Source of the DNA: a virus
Taxonomy: Duplodnaviria; Caudoviricetes
Length of the DNA: 24,837 nucleotides
Virus record (IMG/VR): IMGVR_UViG_3300006111_000037
Location: 1-24,837 of that record
Strand: one strand, 5' to 3'
Below, one piece after another: positions 17,901 through 24,837 of the stretch. The stretch's first letter is position 1. Each line of letters begins with the position of its first letter. Position numbers and translations under genes: made by a program. A model generated the notes under the pieces. The model was not told the origin of the DNA, did no database searches, and saw only the letters and a program-made list of their open reading frames with translations.

Positions 17901-18236
17901 CGCCGCACGTTTCGTGGGGTCTTTCAGCTCGCCGCCGTCGGCTTTGCCCGGAAACAAATCTTTTTGTTGTTGATTCAAACTATATTGCTGATTTTGCGCT
18001 TTCAATTCATCCATATATTGTGGATTTTTGCTGAAAAACAAATTCATTGGGCTGATCGAAGGGTCGCTCAAATGGTGAAGGCCCATTGAAGTAAGTTTGT
18101 TTGTGTATTCTTCATCGGACAACGCTTTGGGCGTGAACGAAGCAGGAGATGCTCCTTTTTTCGGACGACCGCCACGACCGAGATTAACTTTTAATGGCTT
18201 CACACTACGCGCGAGATGCAAAATGTCTTTGGTCAT
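14934..18236 (-). CDS. Large (1100 aa) multi-segment protein, putative ejection/polyvalent internal virion protein
   Basis: Core with GVKSDELKW...YREII...HMRLAD...LHVEEVQGDWGQKGR...KWTNLAVKRLL...YYD motifs as seen in large phage injected-type proteins; follows the portal; function inferred. Confidence 0.7.
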   Translation of the reverse strand: MTKDILHLARSVKPLKVNLGRGGRPKKGASPASFTPKALSDEEYTNKLTSMGLHHLSDPSISPMNLFFSKNPQYMDELKAQNQQYSLNQQQKDLFPGKADGGELKDPTKRAAFMNLFNPKPANLPATVAAPAPAPSTPEENKALAVPSSGPASAENPDLIAKATKALMEAPVSRRKFLETSRNAVAAVNQAKNINKLLKPKKMAIKKLSPNNLEKAREALSVILKEPVNENHPILKNLVSKETLESLAHTMERDHDENPIQMHEIAHGGGDTVSYMDPEMEDEIYNRAHQHIKNDLEWRAFGSKGPKISDEEFKNLLDEMVEKQRNQPAQSEEPEHEAHGGFIHKEGGGSLSERRAAAQAKIKELSAQLRDPALSAEEKEAIKQQIKDQGQIVAQKGEAPPPQKPSSSDQNKEPEFQPMRVKNVLGTYSHAAEVTQKAKQEKMTPDQWVNFLKQQPGVKSDELKWADIAGMHPPAGQKTVSREDVARRLEDANVDDYEENIRDNSYRDADPQGYPINDSDERRIAVARDALKDPKLFKEIFGDDYLAIDQELREKEDDLKQQGYFSVGLREGLAEHMNDNHAGYLNRYTTKKRAKHEQYTLKEQGNNENYREIIAQWKPEKKLFQYDTHYPEYNPLFHMRLADLHEPVPAMTDDEVVELARKAGVTVPLSLQTGEPQVNNLASGFLHHVQGRIPKEDFDRLHSWWLQKHPGDKQFGPAPGKKYLHVEEVQGDWGQKGRGRFGEKDDMSKDALHQEYKRLDDEYDNIYDEYSKAKDKIYNELYVPVYQHQDRFEKLRYTDEGDRYTDYWRNLSRDEKEKILEDHQKEYYRLANIADKQWDDHQNNNFKGTEVEPISKKLGEFANLRDEAYEKYRKARDSVAPGPHVTDTDKWTNLAVKRLLKEMVDGGYHGIVLTNGDQQSKRWMGQPGVKSYYDETLEPAIEKAFKSHDPAAGKVKNRTFPLTKKIPITFDYPHVAETVGLPYDRNSPDYHNQRQAVQDHWRNLTQSERDQVEMNWRKKGNDYEEQTIADLPLYETTPKANESISKNQKLFRRGGDVKAPVAKSKNKMHTPAIIGQALNKIHSLPRDMDSTLSGQQGRLF

Positions 18237-18406
18237 TGGTCGAGGCTCCGGAGAGGATTATTTTCTTGGCGTTGGCGTTTCCAAAACTGGCGTTTTATCT
18301 TCTTCAACGCTTTAGTTTGATGGAGGTAGCAATAAAGTTTCCGCGCATAGCGATTGAAAGCGTCATGTTCAGCGCCTCCTTTCAGCTTTGCGCGGGTGCC
18401 CATCAT
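18233..18406 (-). CDS. Small basic protein, 57 aa (absent from ORF track)
   Basis: MMGTRAKLKGGAEHDAFNRYARKLYCYLHQTKALKKIKRQFWKRQRQENNPLRSLDQ; overlaps the portal stop (ATGA) and the next start (ATGA). Confidence 0.75.
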   Translation of the reverse strand: MMGTRAKLKGGAEHDAFNRYARKLYCYLHQTKALKKIKRQFWKRQRQENNPLRSLDQ

Positions 18407-20754
18407 TGTGGCATTTTCCCGGTGATTGCAGGGATGACGGTGCCCAGCAAGTTGCGAACGACCTGCTCGCTTTCTGGGTGAACCGCGATGTTTTGCGCGA
18501 GGTCAATCATTTGAATTCGCTCTTTGGCCAGCATTTCCTGCTCTTCAACCATATTGTCCATGCGGTCTTTTTTCATGGTGGCGGCGAGCTGAGCGGCTTT
18601 TATTTTGGTGTCCGCCGCTTTCACGTTGGCGAGCTGTTGCTTTATCATGAGCTCGGACTGGTCGACCTTTTTCTCGTGGTCGGTTGGGCCAGTTTGGCCT
18701 CCGGCGAGCCCTTCCTGTTGCATTTTCGCGTTGTCCATTTGGATTCTTGCCTGATCCAAAGCAAGTTTGCCCTTGGCTGTCATGAGTTTTGCGTCGGAAT
18801 CCTGCTTCTTGATTTGCAATTCCGCCATTTGTTTTTGCATCTCGGGCGGTGGTGCACCGCGAGCTTGCGGTGGGATCATGAATTGCTCAGGATTGGACCA
18901 ACCAACCGCTTGAAGTGCCGCCGTGTCGATGGCGATTGGGTCGTAGAGCGTTGGGTTCTGCGCTTGAATCTGTTTCAACGCAACGATTTTCATGAGCCGC
19001 TGGGTCTGGGAAGCCGTGTTTGGATCGGCTTGCGGGACCAAATCGACTTGGTTCAGGGCGCGAATGAATGTTTCCTGATCCCACTTGCGTGCCGGACGGC
19101 GGTTTTTCTGCCAGAATGATTCAGGATTTTCCTTGAAGCAACGAACGATAAGCGCGAATTCCTCGGCTTGCGAGGCATGCATGCGCTTGTGAACGGCGTT
19201 CAGGACCTTGGTGGCTTGATCGATCAACGCGATTGTCGTGCCAACGGGGGCATCCTGTTTGCCTTCGCCCACGGCTTGTTCGGAGGTGCCCCCAATGCGA
19301 GCGCCCGTTTCGGCCATGTTTTGAACGAGGTTCATCAATGCGCCGGAGGGCTCTTTATATGGAAGCGGCATGACCGCCTGATTGATCGGCATTCCACCAG
19401 TTTTGACCAATGCTCCACCACCGGGCGGAACTCGGAATATATTTGTGTTTTGACGTGCACCAGTGTCGGCGTAAAGGAAGCCGGGGAAATTAGCATACAT
19501 ACCCGCATCAAGTAGCTCGCGCCAAGCAGCAGTGATAGCATTGGTTGTGTTCCCTAGGATGTGGAGGAGACCAATGTCATAAAAGCCCATCCCCGGTACG
19601 AATGTGTATTTGACGAAATTCTGACGGGCTTCAGGAAGATCCTTAGTTTCCTCATCGTAGTTGCGGACAATAGAAAGGATTTGCTTGCTGGATACATCGA
19701 TGGTCACCCGATAAGGAATTTCGAGCCCTGTTTCTTTGCGTTTATGTTTATGCTCGAAACCAGTAATGTTCAGCTCGCAATAGCATTCGTAGATCTCGCG
19801 GTCGCGGTCCTCTGGATTCATTTGATCCGGGGCAATGCCCTGTTGGGCCATCTTTTCGCGTTGGGCGGCATCGTAGTCCGTTTGCTTCGGAGTGCTCAGC
19901 TCAACATCCTGATAAACGCCGAGGATCTGCATACGCTTCACGGTCGATGGCCGCATGTAGATGCGGTGGGTGACACGCTTCGCGTTGCTCAGGTCGGTTG
20001 CAGCATTGTTTACGATCAAGTCATCGGCGTCTATCGATTCGCTGACTGGGCGACCACGGAGGGGGCAGAAGTAAATCTTTTTGAAGGCAGTACCACCAAA
20101 CCCAAGCATGAGTAGCATCCGATCGGTGTCGGGATAATATTCTCGCGCAGTGCTTGTGAGGTAGTGATTAAGATCGTTTTCAAGGTCGTTGGCGAGTTGG
20201 TCGGAGGCGAGGTCGGCATTGTTGTTGTCCTCGCGAATCTTCACTGGGCCGTCAGTGGGCAAAAGCTCAGACCGTGCGTTCGCCTGAAAACGCAATACGG
20301 CTTCAAGCAAGAGCGGGTGGCGGACTCTTGACATGCCCTCGACTGGTGCACCATCAGCAGCCCCTGTGAGGCCGGGGATCTCAATTTTGAGGCCCATGAG
20401 CTTAATGCCCTGAGCGCGGTCGTCAATCCATTCTTTGCGGGAATCGAGGTCATCCTGAACGCCTTTTAACAGCTCCTCGGAGATGCGAGCGAGCTCCGCC
20501 TCGTTGATTTTATCGACCAGATTATCGAACCAGCCTTCCGGCCCGCCCTCGTTTGCGCTTTCCAACGGCGAGCCATCGAGCGTCAGCGTGACCGACCCAT
20601 CACCGTGTTCAATCGTGAGTAGGTTGCCCTTTTCATCGACGTTGGGCGCATCGCCCTCATCCGCGAGTTCAATCTCAATGCCCTCATGCTGAAGCTCTTC
20701 GGGCGCATCACCGGGCAAGCGGATGTTTGGGCTGAGGCCGGGGGTGAGCGCCAT
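18403..20754 (-). CDS. Portal protein
   Basis: 783 aa; directly after TerL; SRKEW...RVRHPLLLEAVLRFQA..ELLP...GTAFKKIY...PVGTTIAL; Gln-rich C-terminal coiled coil resembling the P22-like barrel. Confidence 0.9.
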   Translation of the reverse strand: MALTPGLSPNIRLPGDAPEELQHEGIEIELADEGDAPNVDEKGNLLTIEHGDGSVTLTLDGSPLESANEGGPEGWFDNLVDKINEAELARISEELLKGVQDDLDSRKEWIDDRAQGIKLMGLKIEIPGLTGAADGAPVEGMSRVRHPLLLEAVLRFQANARSELLPTDGPVKIREDNNNADLASDQLANDLENDLNHYLTSTAREYYPDTDRMLLMLGFGGTAFKKIYFCPLRGRPVSESIDADDLIVNNAATDLSNAKRVTHRIYMRPSTVKRMQILGVYQDVELSTPKQTDYDAAQREKMAQQGIAPDQMNPEDRDREIYECYCELNITGFEHKHKRKETGLEIPYRVTIDVSSKQILSIVRNYDEETKDLPEARQNFVKYTFVPGMGFYDIGLLHILGNTTNAITAAWRELLDAGMYANFPGFLYADTGARQNTNIFRVPPGGGALVKTGGMPINQAVMPLPYKEPSGALMNLVQNMAETGARIGGTSEQAVGEGKQDAPVGTTIALIDQATKVLNAVHKRMHASQAEEFALIVRCFKENPESFWQKNRRPARKWDQETFIRALNQVDLVPQADPNTASQTQRLMKIVALKQIQAQNPTLYDPIAIDTAALQAVGWSNPEQFMIPPQARGAPPPEMQKQMAELQIKKQDSDAKLMTAKGKLALDQARIQMDNAKMQQEGLAGGQTGPTDHEKKVDQSELMIKQQLANVKAADTKIKAAQLAATMKKDRMDNMVEEQEMLAKERIQMIDLAQNIAVHPESEQVVRNLLGTVIPAITGKMPQ

Positions 20755-20769
20755 TTCCTATGTTCCTTC

Positions 20770-22416
20770 TCAAACGGCATAAAGCGGAGCAGGAGGCGCT
20801 CCGCGATGCTGGATGCTAGATTCGTAATCGTTTTGGGCTTCTTCAGGTCGGGCTATCATGCCTGTTTTTCGCAAATGACGCAAGGCCATTGATACGGTGT
20901 CGACAAGATCGTCGTGTTTTCCTTTGGGGAAAATGGCCGATTGGGTGATGACCATGTCCGCCCAGCTCTTGTCCGGGGCATAAACGAGCCCTTCAGCAAA
21001 GATATGCTGAACCGAATAGAGCCTCGAGCGTTTGTCGATGCCGTTCGGGTTATCGGTGATGACCATGAAGCCGAGATGATTGTAAAGCCGACGAAGCTCC
21101 TGCGCCACCGAATGCCCTGCCGCTTTGTCTTCGATCAGGATTGCATCCGCTTTGTATTTCTTCAGCGTCTCAGCAACCTTGGTCACGAGCTGGTGAAGCT
21201 CGAGGCGCTCCGCCCATGCATTGACGAGCATGACTTTTGGGTGGGGAGCTTTGTAGCCACGTTCCTTTTGGAACATGTCTTTGAGGCTCAGCGGCTTTTT
21301 CATGGCCTCGGTCGAGATGGGGTCTTCCGTGTAAACACCCCAAATGGTCAGGGCTGATGGATCATTTTCGGTTTTCTCGGTGTAAGCCGTGTCGAGACTG
21401 GCAATGATGTAATCGAACGCAGGGAACGAGTCATGCTCCCAAAGCTGCCACCAGTCGCGCTTTATGATCCCGCCGTCTGCAGGGGTTGGAATTTGTTGGA
21501 ACTGACCGCTCACGGCGTATGGGCCCATGGCCCGTTTGTCGCGCTCTACGACGTGTTCTGGGAACCGTTCAGGAAAAAGGAGCTCGCCTAGCGTTTCGCG
21601 CTGGTCTTCCCAGCCCAGCATCGTTGGAGCGGCGCGGAGGGGCTCGTATTCCATGGGCAACATGATATGGTCGTAGCCCAAACCTTTATCGAGGATGACA
21701 CCAGAGACATCCTCTTCATGGAGGCGCTGCATGATGACCACGATTGCCGACTTGTCCGGATTGTTCAAACGGGTCGGCACAGCTTGCAAGAACCAATCGA
21801 TCGTGGTCGATCGCATCTGGTCCGAGGCAGCGCTTTCCACTGTGTGGGGATCATCGATGATGACTCTGTCGCCACGAGCACCTGTGATCCCGCCAGCGGC
21901 CACGGCTTGGCGGAAGCCAGTTGCGGTGTTTTCGAACTTGGTCTTTGCGTTCTGGTCGCCTGTCAACGTAACACGGTCGCCCCAAAGTGATTGATACCAT
22001 TCGGACTGAATCAGTCGGCGCATCTTCGTCGAGTCACGGATGGCGAGCTCTTGACCATGGGAGGCGCAAACATAGCGCAAATGGGGCATATTGCGTGGTC
22101 CCCATTCCCAAGCTGGCCAAAAGACGTTGGTCAGCAATGACTTCATCGCACCCGGTGGCACGTTGATTAACAGACGATTGTAATACTTTTCGTCGTCGAT
22201 CATCATCTCATCAGTGATTGCAGTGAGATGCGCCGCAATCATGTCGATGTGCCAGTTGTGGACATAATCTTGGCCCGGTTCGACCACGTGCCATGCAAGT
22301 TTTATGAAATCGACAAAACTTTCTTCGCAGTCTGCTTTGTCCAAAAGGAACAAAAGCTCATCGGGCGTGTAGCTTTCGGCAAGTTCCTCCAAGTCGTAAG
22401 CCACCCGATCATGCAT
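20770..22416 (-). CDS. terL: Terminase large subunit
   Basis: 548 aa; RLLINVPPGAMKS (Walker A), ITGARGDRVIIDDPH (Walker B), IMQRLHEED, SLDTAY and KHDDLVD nuclease motifs. Confidence 0.95.
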   Translation of the reverse strand: MHDRVAYDLEELAESYTPDELLFLLDKADCEESFVDFIKLAWHVVEPGQDYVHNWHIDMIAAHLTAITDEMMIDDEKYYNRLLINVPPGAMKSLLTNVFWPAWEWGPRNMPHLRYVCASHGQELAIRDSTKMRRLIQSEWYQSLWGDRVTLTGDQNAKTKFENTATGFRQAVAAGGITGARGDRVIIDDPHTVESAASDQMRSTTIDWFLQAVPTRLNNPDKSAIVVIMQRLHEEDVSGVILDKGLGYDHIMLPMEYEPLRAAPTMLGWEDQRETLGELLFPERFPEHVVERDKRAMGPYAVSGQFQQIPTPADGGIIKRDWWQLWEHDSFPAFDYIIASLDTAYTEKTENDPSALTIWGVYTEDPISTEAMKKPLSLKDMFQKERGYKAPHPKVMLVNAWAERLELHQLVTKVAETLKKYKADAILIEDKAAGHSVAQELRRLYNHLGFMVITDNPNGIDKRSRLYSVQHIFAEGLVYAPDKSWADMVITQSAIFPKGKHDDLVDTVSMALRHLRKTGMIARPEEAQNDYESSIQHRGAPPAPLYAV

Positions 22417-22928
22417 CAGTCAGCCTCGACCGCTGTTAGCTCGATCTGCTTCAACAAAGCATGGCGCAACTGATCACGGACCTGCGCTGGCATGAGCGTC
22501 AAATCGACCTTTTGCTTTATGTTCACGTCCAAAGTGCTCTCGGCCAAGAATTTTGCGCCGTATTTCTTTGGGGCCAGCTTTTCATTGTGCCAGCGGCGTG
22601 TGTCGATGCGGTTTCGCGCACGAGCAGGATTTGCATCATCATCCGCAATGTCCATCATGGTCTCGACCATAATGTCTGCTCTCATTTCAATTGCTCGTGC
22701 GTATTGTTTGGCCAAAAAAGGCTCATCTTTGATGTGCGCAAGGAAAGTCGCCGGGCTCGGAAAGCGTTTTGAACCGTCTTTATTTAAACTTTGGCAAACT
22801 TTTGTTAGGCTTTCGCCTTCGGCAATACGACGAATGATTTCCGCAAGATCTTCCTGCTTCACATCATCGTTCAGCCAAAATCCTTTACGTTTAGGCGGTA
22901 TCGCAACAGCTTTTGAGGCTTTTGCCAC
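22416..22928 (-). CDS. terS: Terminase small subunit (Sf6-like)
   Basis: 170 aa; IIRRIAEGESLTKVC...PSPATF...QYARA...IADD...RIDTRRW..EKLAPKKYG; coupled to TerL (TGATG). Confidence 0.85.
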   Translation of the reverse strand: MAKASKAVAIPPKRKGFWLNDDVKQEDLAEIIRRIAEGESLTKVCQSLNKDGSKRFPSPATFLAHIKDEPFLAKQYARAIEMRADIMVETMMDIADDDANPARARNRIDTRRWHNEKLAPKKYGAKFLAESTLDVNIKQKVDLTLMPAQVRDQLRHALLKQIELTAVEAD

Positions 22929-22959
22929 AGTGCATTCTCCCTCTCAGAATGAGAAAACG

Positions 22960-22987
22960 ATTATGCTCCGGAACAAAACAAACGCAA
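22960..22987 (-). promoter_or_regulatory. Possible sigma70-type promoter for the packaging operon
   Basis: TTGCGT-N16-CATAAT in the only gap upstream of terS. Confidence 0.35.
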
Positions 22988-22997
22988 AAAGAAATCG

Positions 22998-23420
22998 TTA
23001 AGTGTAACAACCCATTCGAAATGCTAGGATATCATGCAAATGTGAGGAAAAATTTGCCGCATCAATTTCATCTTCTGGCCTAAAATCAAACTTATTTTGA
23101 AGCATCGCGGCTTTTGAGCCTTGATAAAACAATATCCTATCAGGTGTTTTGCCTTCGCCAACACCAACAATAAACAAGCTGTAGCCTCCGGCTTTGAACA
23201 AATCCCGATGCCACTGAACCTGAGAAGCTCGGACATCATGACAAGACAGCTTCTCACCTTGGATTTCTCCAACTTTCAACTCAATGGGCACAATCCTGCC
23301 CTTCACCATGATCTGGAGATCCGCAATCCCGATCGTTCCACCTCGTCTCGGCTCATAAGTCGAAAGCCATCCGTCCCAGTTTTCCCGAAACCAACTTTTG
23401 AATTGCTGTTCATTCATCAT
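22998..23420 (-). CDS. PD-(D/E)xK nuclease (VRR-NUC/Holliday-junction-resolvase-like)
   Basis: 140 aa; NEQQF...GIADLQI...PIELK...SQVQWH....AGG. Confidence 0.8.
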   Translation of the reverse strand: MMNEQQFKSWFRENWDGWLSTYEPRRGGTIGIADLQIMVKGRIVPIELKVGEIQGEKLSCHDVRASQVQWHRDLFKAGGYSLFIVGVGEGKTPDRILFYQGSKAAMLQNKFDFRPEDEIDAANFSSHLHDILAFRMGCYT

Positions 23421-23650
23421 AAAACTCTCCCATACATTTTATTTTGCTCTTCGAGCCATTCATAATATTTGGACCAACGAGCTCGAGCAGCCTCGGACAT
23501 TTTCCTCTTCGTTTCTTCTGAGATAGGTTTTTTGTTTCGAGCAGCCTCGGACATCTTCCTTTTTGTTTCATCCGAAACTTTGGGCCTATTTTTTGCCGCA
23601 AAAGACATGTTCGCTCTCGAAGTTTCAGAAAATTTATATTCTCGCTCCAT
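23417..23650 (-). CDS. NUMOD3-repeat DNA-binding protein without nuclease domain
   Basis: Likely start MEREY (AAGGA RBS); SETSRANMS and S(D/E)ETKRKMSEAAR x2; identical 18-bp repeat at 23483-23500 and 23537-23554. Confidence 0.7.
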   Translation of the reverse strand: MEREYKFSETSRANMSFAAKNRPKVSDETKRKMSEAARNKKPISEETKRKMSEAARARWSKYYEWLEEQNKMYGRVL

Positions 23651-23743
23651 AATTCTTTCCTTTTCAAAAAACGAGAAAATAGTAAGCCTCGAAATAAATA
23701 CAAAAGCAACCAAATTCTTATTTTTATAAAGAATAACAATTTT

Positions 23744-23933
23744 CCGTTTCCATTCCGAACCCCTATTCCCCCCTTTCTCTCTCTTTCTTCTTCTTCTTTA
23801 CAACTCTTACAAGGGGGAATATACTATATAGAATGGAAACGGTAACACTATATTTCAATGACTTACGCCGTAAACGAAATCTTTCCGTCTTGATCGACCT
23901 GAAATCGACCCTCAATCGTTTCGGTACCGAAAC
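23744..23933. other. AT-rich non-coding region with nested inverted repeats, pyrimidine tract, IHF-like site and 16-bp palindrome
   Basis: ccgtttccattc/gaatggaaacgg (23744-55/23831-42); tattccccc/gggggaata; tttcaatgactta (23853-65); gtttcggtaccgaaac (23918-33). Confidence 0.55.
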
Positions 23934-23935
23934 AA

Positions 23936-24145
23936 TTAATCTCCGACCCAAAACCCTTCTTTCGAGACGACCGCGACCTCTGAATAATGGCCCTCGAGCC
24001 AAAAACGATGGCCCGGCATCTCACGCTGAAGCCGCTCCATTTCCTTCCTGCATTCCGCCTCATCGTCGAATTCTTCAACAATGTAGCTTTCCGACCCATT
24101 CAACCGCTGTTGGCCCTTCAACACCCATATCTCGTTTTGCATCAC
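23936..24145 (-). CDS. Hypothetical protein, 69 aa
   Basis: Overlaps upstream stop; strong AAGGAGG RBS. Confidence 0.7.
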   Translation of the reverse strand: MMQNEIWVLKGQQRLNGSESYIVEEFDDEAECRKEMERLQREMPGHRFWLEGHYSEVAVVSKEGFWVGD

Positions 24146-24462
24146 TCACCCTCCTTCAGTGCGTCAGCAATTATCTTCAACAACGACTTTTTAATCACGG
24201 ACTCAGCGGGCAACCATTGATTGATGCCCCTATCTAACTCGGTTAATGCTTTACGCAACCGCTCAATTTCATCGGCGGCATCGGTAATTGTTTTTGGTAT
24301 GAGCCGTAATGCTTCCCGCAGCCGCTCAATCTCATCGGCATATGGCTTGACAGCCTTGATCCACGCATCACGGTGGAATTTGCTATACCATTTTCCATCT
24401 TTCCATTCTCCGCCATCCATAGCCAATGCAATATCAGCAGCCATCTTTTCAGCAATATCCAT
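24142..24462 (-). CDS. Hypothetical protein, MDI...ADEIERLR...ALKEGE type (106 aa)
   Basis: Start at MDIAEK (TGATG overlap, GGAG RBS); two ADEIERLR motifs. Confidence 0.8.
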   Translation of the reverse strand: MDIAEKMAADIALAMDGGEWKDGKWYSKFHRDAWIKAVKPYADEIERLREALRLIPKTITDAADEIERLRKALTELDRGINQWLPAESVIKKSLLKIIADALKEGE

Positions 24463-24710
24463 CACTCCCCCTCCTTCAGTGCGGCCCGTGTTTCTGCCCA
24501 TACCTTTTTGACACCCATGCCAAACGTCACGCCTTGGCCGTAAGTGTCCACAAAACAATTTCCCAACCATTGTTGAAGCAATTCCCGCAGCCGTTCAATC
24601 TCAACGTTCTGTTTGACCACCGTGTTCTCACACATCTCAAGCCACTGGACTTTATTCCGCAACCGTTCAATCTCATTGGCGGCTTCGGCGCACCATTCCC
24701 CAATATCCAT
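24462..24710 (-). CDS. Hypothetical protein, MDI...EIERLR...ALKEGE type (82 aa)
   Basis: Start at MDIGEW after AGGAGGAGGAG RBS; two EIERLR motifs; same C-terminus as its neighbour. Confidence 0.8.
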   Translation of the reverse strand: MDIGEWCAEAANEIERLRNKVQWLEMCENTVVKQNVEIERLRELLQQWLGNCFVDTYGQGVTFGMGVKKVWAETRAALKEGE

Positions 24711-24729
24711 CACTCCTCCTCCTACAATT

Positions 24730-24837
24730 TTAAATGCATACACACGCAATGAAAATGAACCATCCCCATCCATCTGCCCCGCGCATTGCGGTAACAGCCG
24801 CGCAAACAAGGGCAACACAGGCGACAAGGTGCTTATC
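24730..24837 (-). CDS. Small membrane protein (DGWGWF motif), 5' end outside window
   Basis: ...DKHLVACVALVCAAVTAMRGADGWGWFIFIACVCI-stop; two short hydrophobic segments. Confidence 0.65.
   Translation of the reverse strand, partial: DKHLVACVALVCAAVTAMRGADGWGWFIFIACVCI

Larger units (their letters stand above)
24140..24716 (-). repeat. Repeated gene-junction sequences
   Basis: catcactc(a/c)ccctccttcagtgcg at 24140-24163 and 24460-24483 (23/24 identical); caatatccatcactcc at 24453-24468 and 24701-24716. Confidence 0.85.
1..24837 (-). mobile_element. Tailed bacteriophage genome segment (packaging, head and tail-fibre module)
   Basis: Co-oriented, tightly packed TerS-TerL-portal-scaffold-capsid-adaptor-fibre genes with many TAATG/TGATG/ATGA overlaps; no host housekeeping genes. 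Confidence 0.97.

Noticed and set aside
18304-18382. Perfect AAGGAGG followed by ATG opening a 20-codon ORF
   Set aside because: The SD is explained by Lys-Gly-Gly codons of the 57-aa gene, which is coupled at both ends; internal initiation cannot be fully excluded
24140-24716. CRISPR-like array
   Set aside because: Only 2-3 repeats, spaced 250-320 bp apart and lying in coding junctions; no cas genes
4418-24752. Remaining plus-strand ORFs and alternate-frame minus ORFs
   Set aside because: They overlap well-supported minus-strand genes and lack RBS or recognisable motifs
1-24837. Alternative genetic code, tRNA or rRNA genes
   Set aside because: Major genes are full length under the standard code; no cloverleaf or rRNA-like sequence seen in the few gaps

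Overview
The whole window is a tailed-phage (Caudoviricetes) virion morphogenesis region encoded entirely on the minus strand. It resembles uncultured freshwater/soil podovirus-like phages with a P22-like portal/scaffold and a Mu gpT-like capsid; a proteobacterial host is inferred only. In transcription order (right to left): an array of small paralogous EIERLR genes with repeated junctions, an AT-rich palindrome-rich non-coding region, a NUMOD3-only protein, a PD-(D/E)xK nuclease, TerS, TerL, portal, an 1100-aa putative ejection/polyvalent protein, a Gly/Lys/His-rich protein, a GroES-like co-chaperonin, scaffold, capsid-associated proteins, major capsid protein, small basic and His-rich proteins, a head-tail adaptor-like protein, a free-standing GIY-YIG endonuclease, a Zn-finger protein, and a >1417-aa repeat-rich tail fibre running off the left edge. 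Six apparent genes are missing from the ORF track, including the tail fibre and 26-67 aa ORFs. Most notable: (i) a basic/His-x-x-G-G motif repeated about 25 times across five otherwise dissimilar head-module proteins; (ii) a protein-like ORF with no canonical start codon overlapping the His-rich gene in the -1 frame; (iii) two structured intergenic leaders, one with twin identical loops and one with anti-Shine-Dalgarno loops complementary to the GroES RBS; (iv) a cassette-like gene array with conserved boundaries. No database searches were run; family names come from motif recognition.
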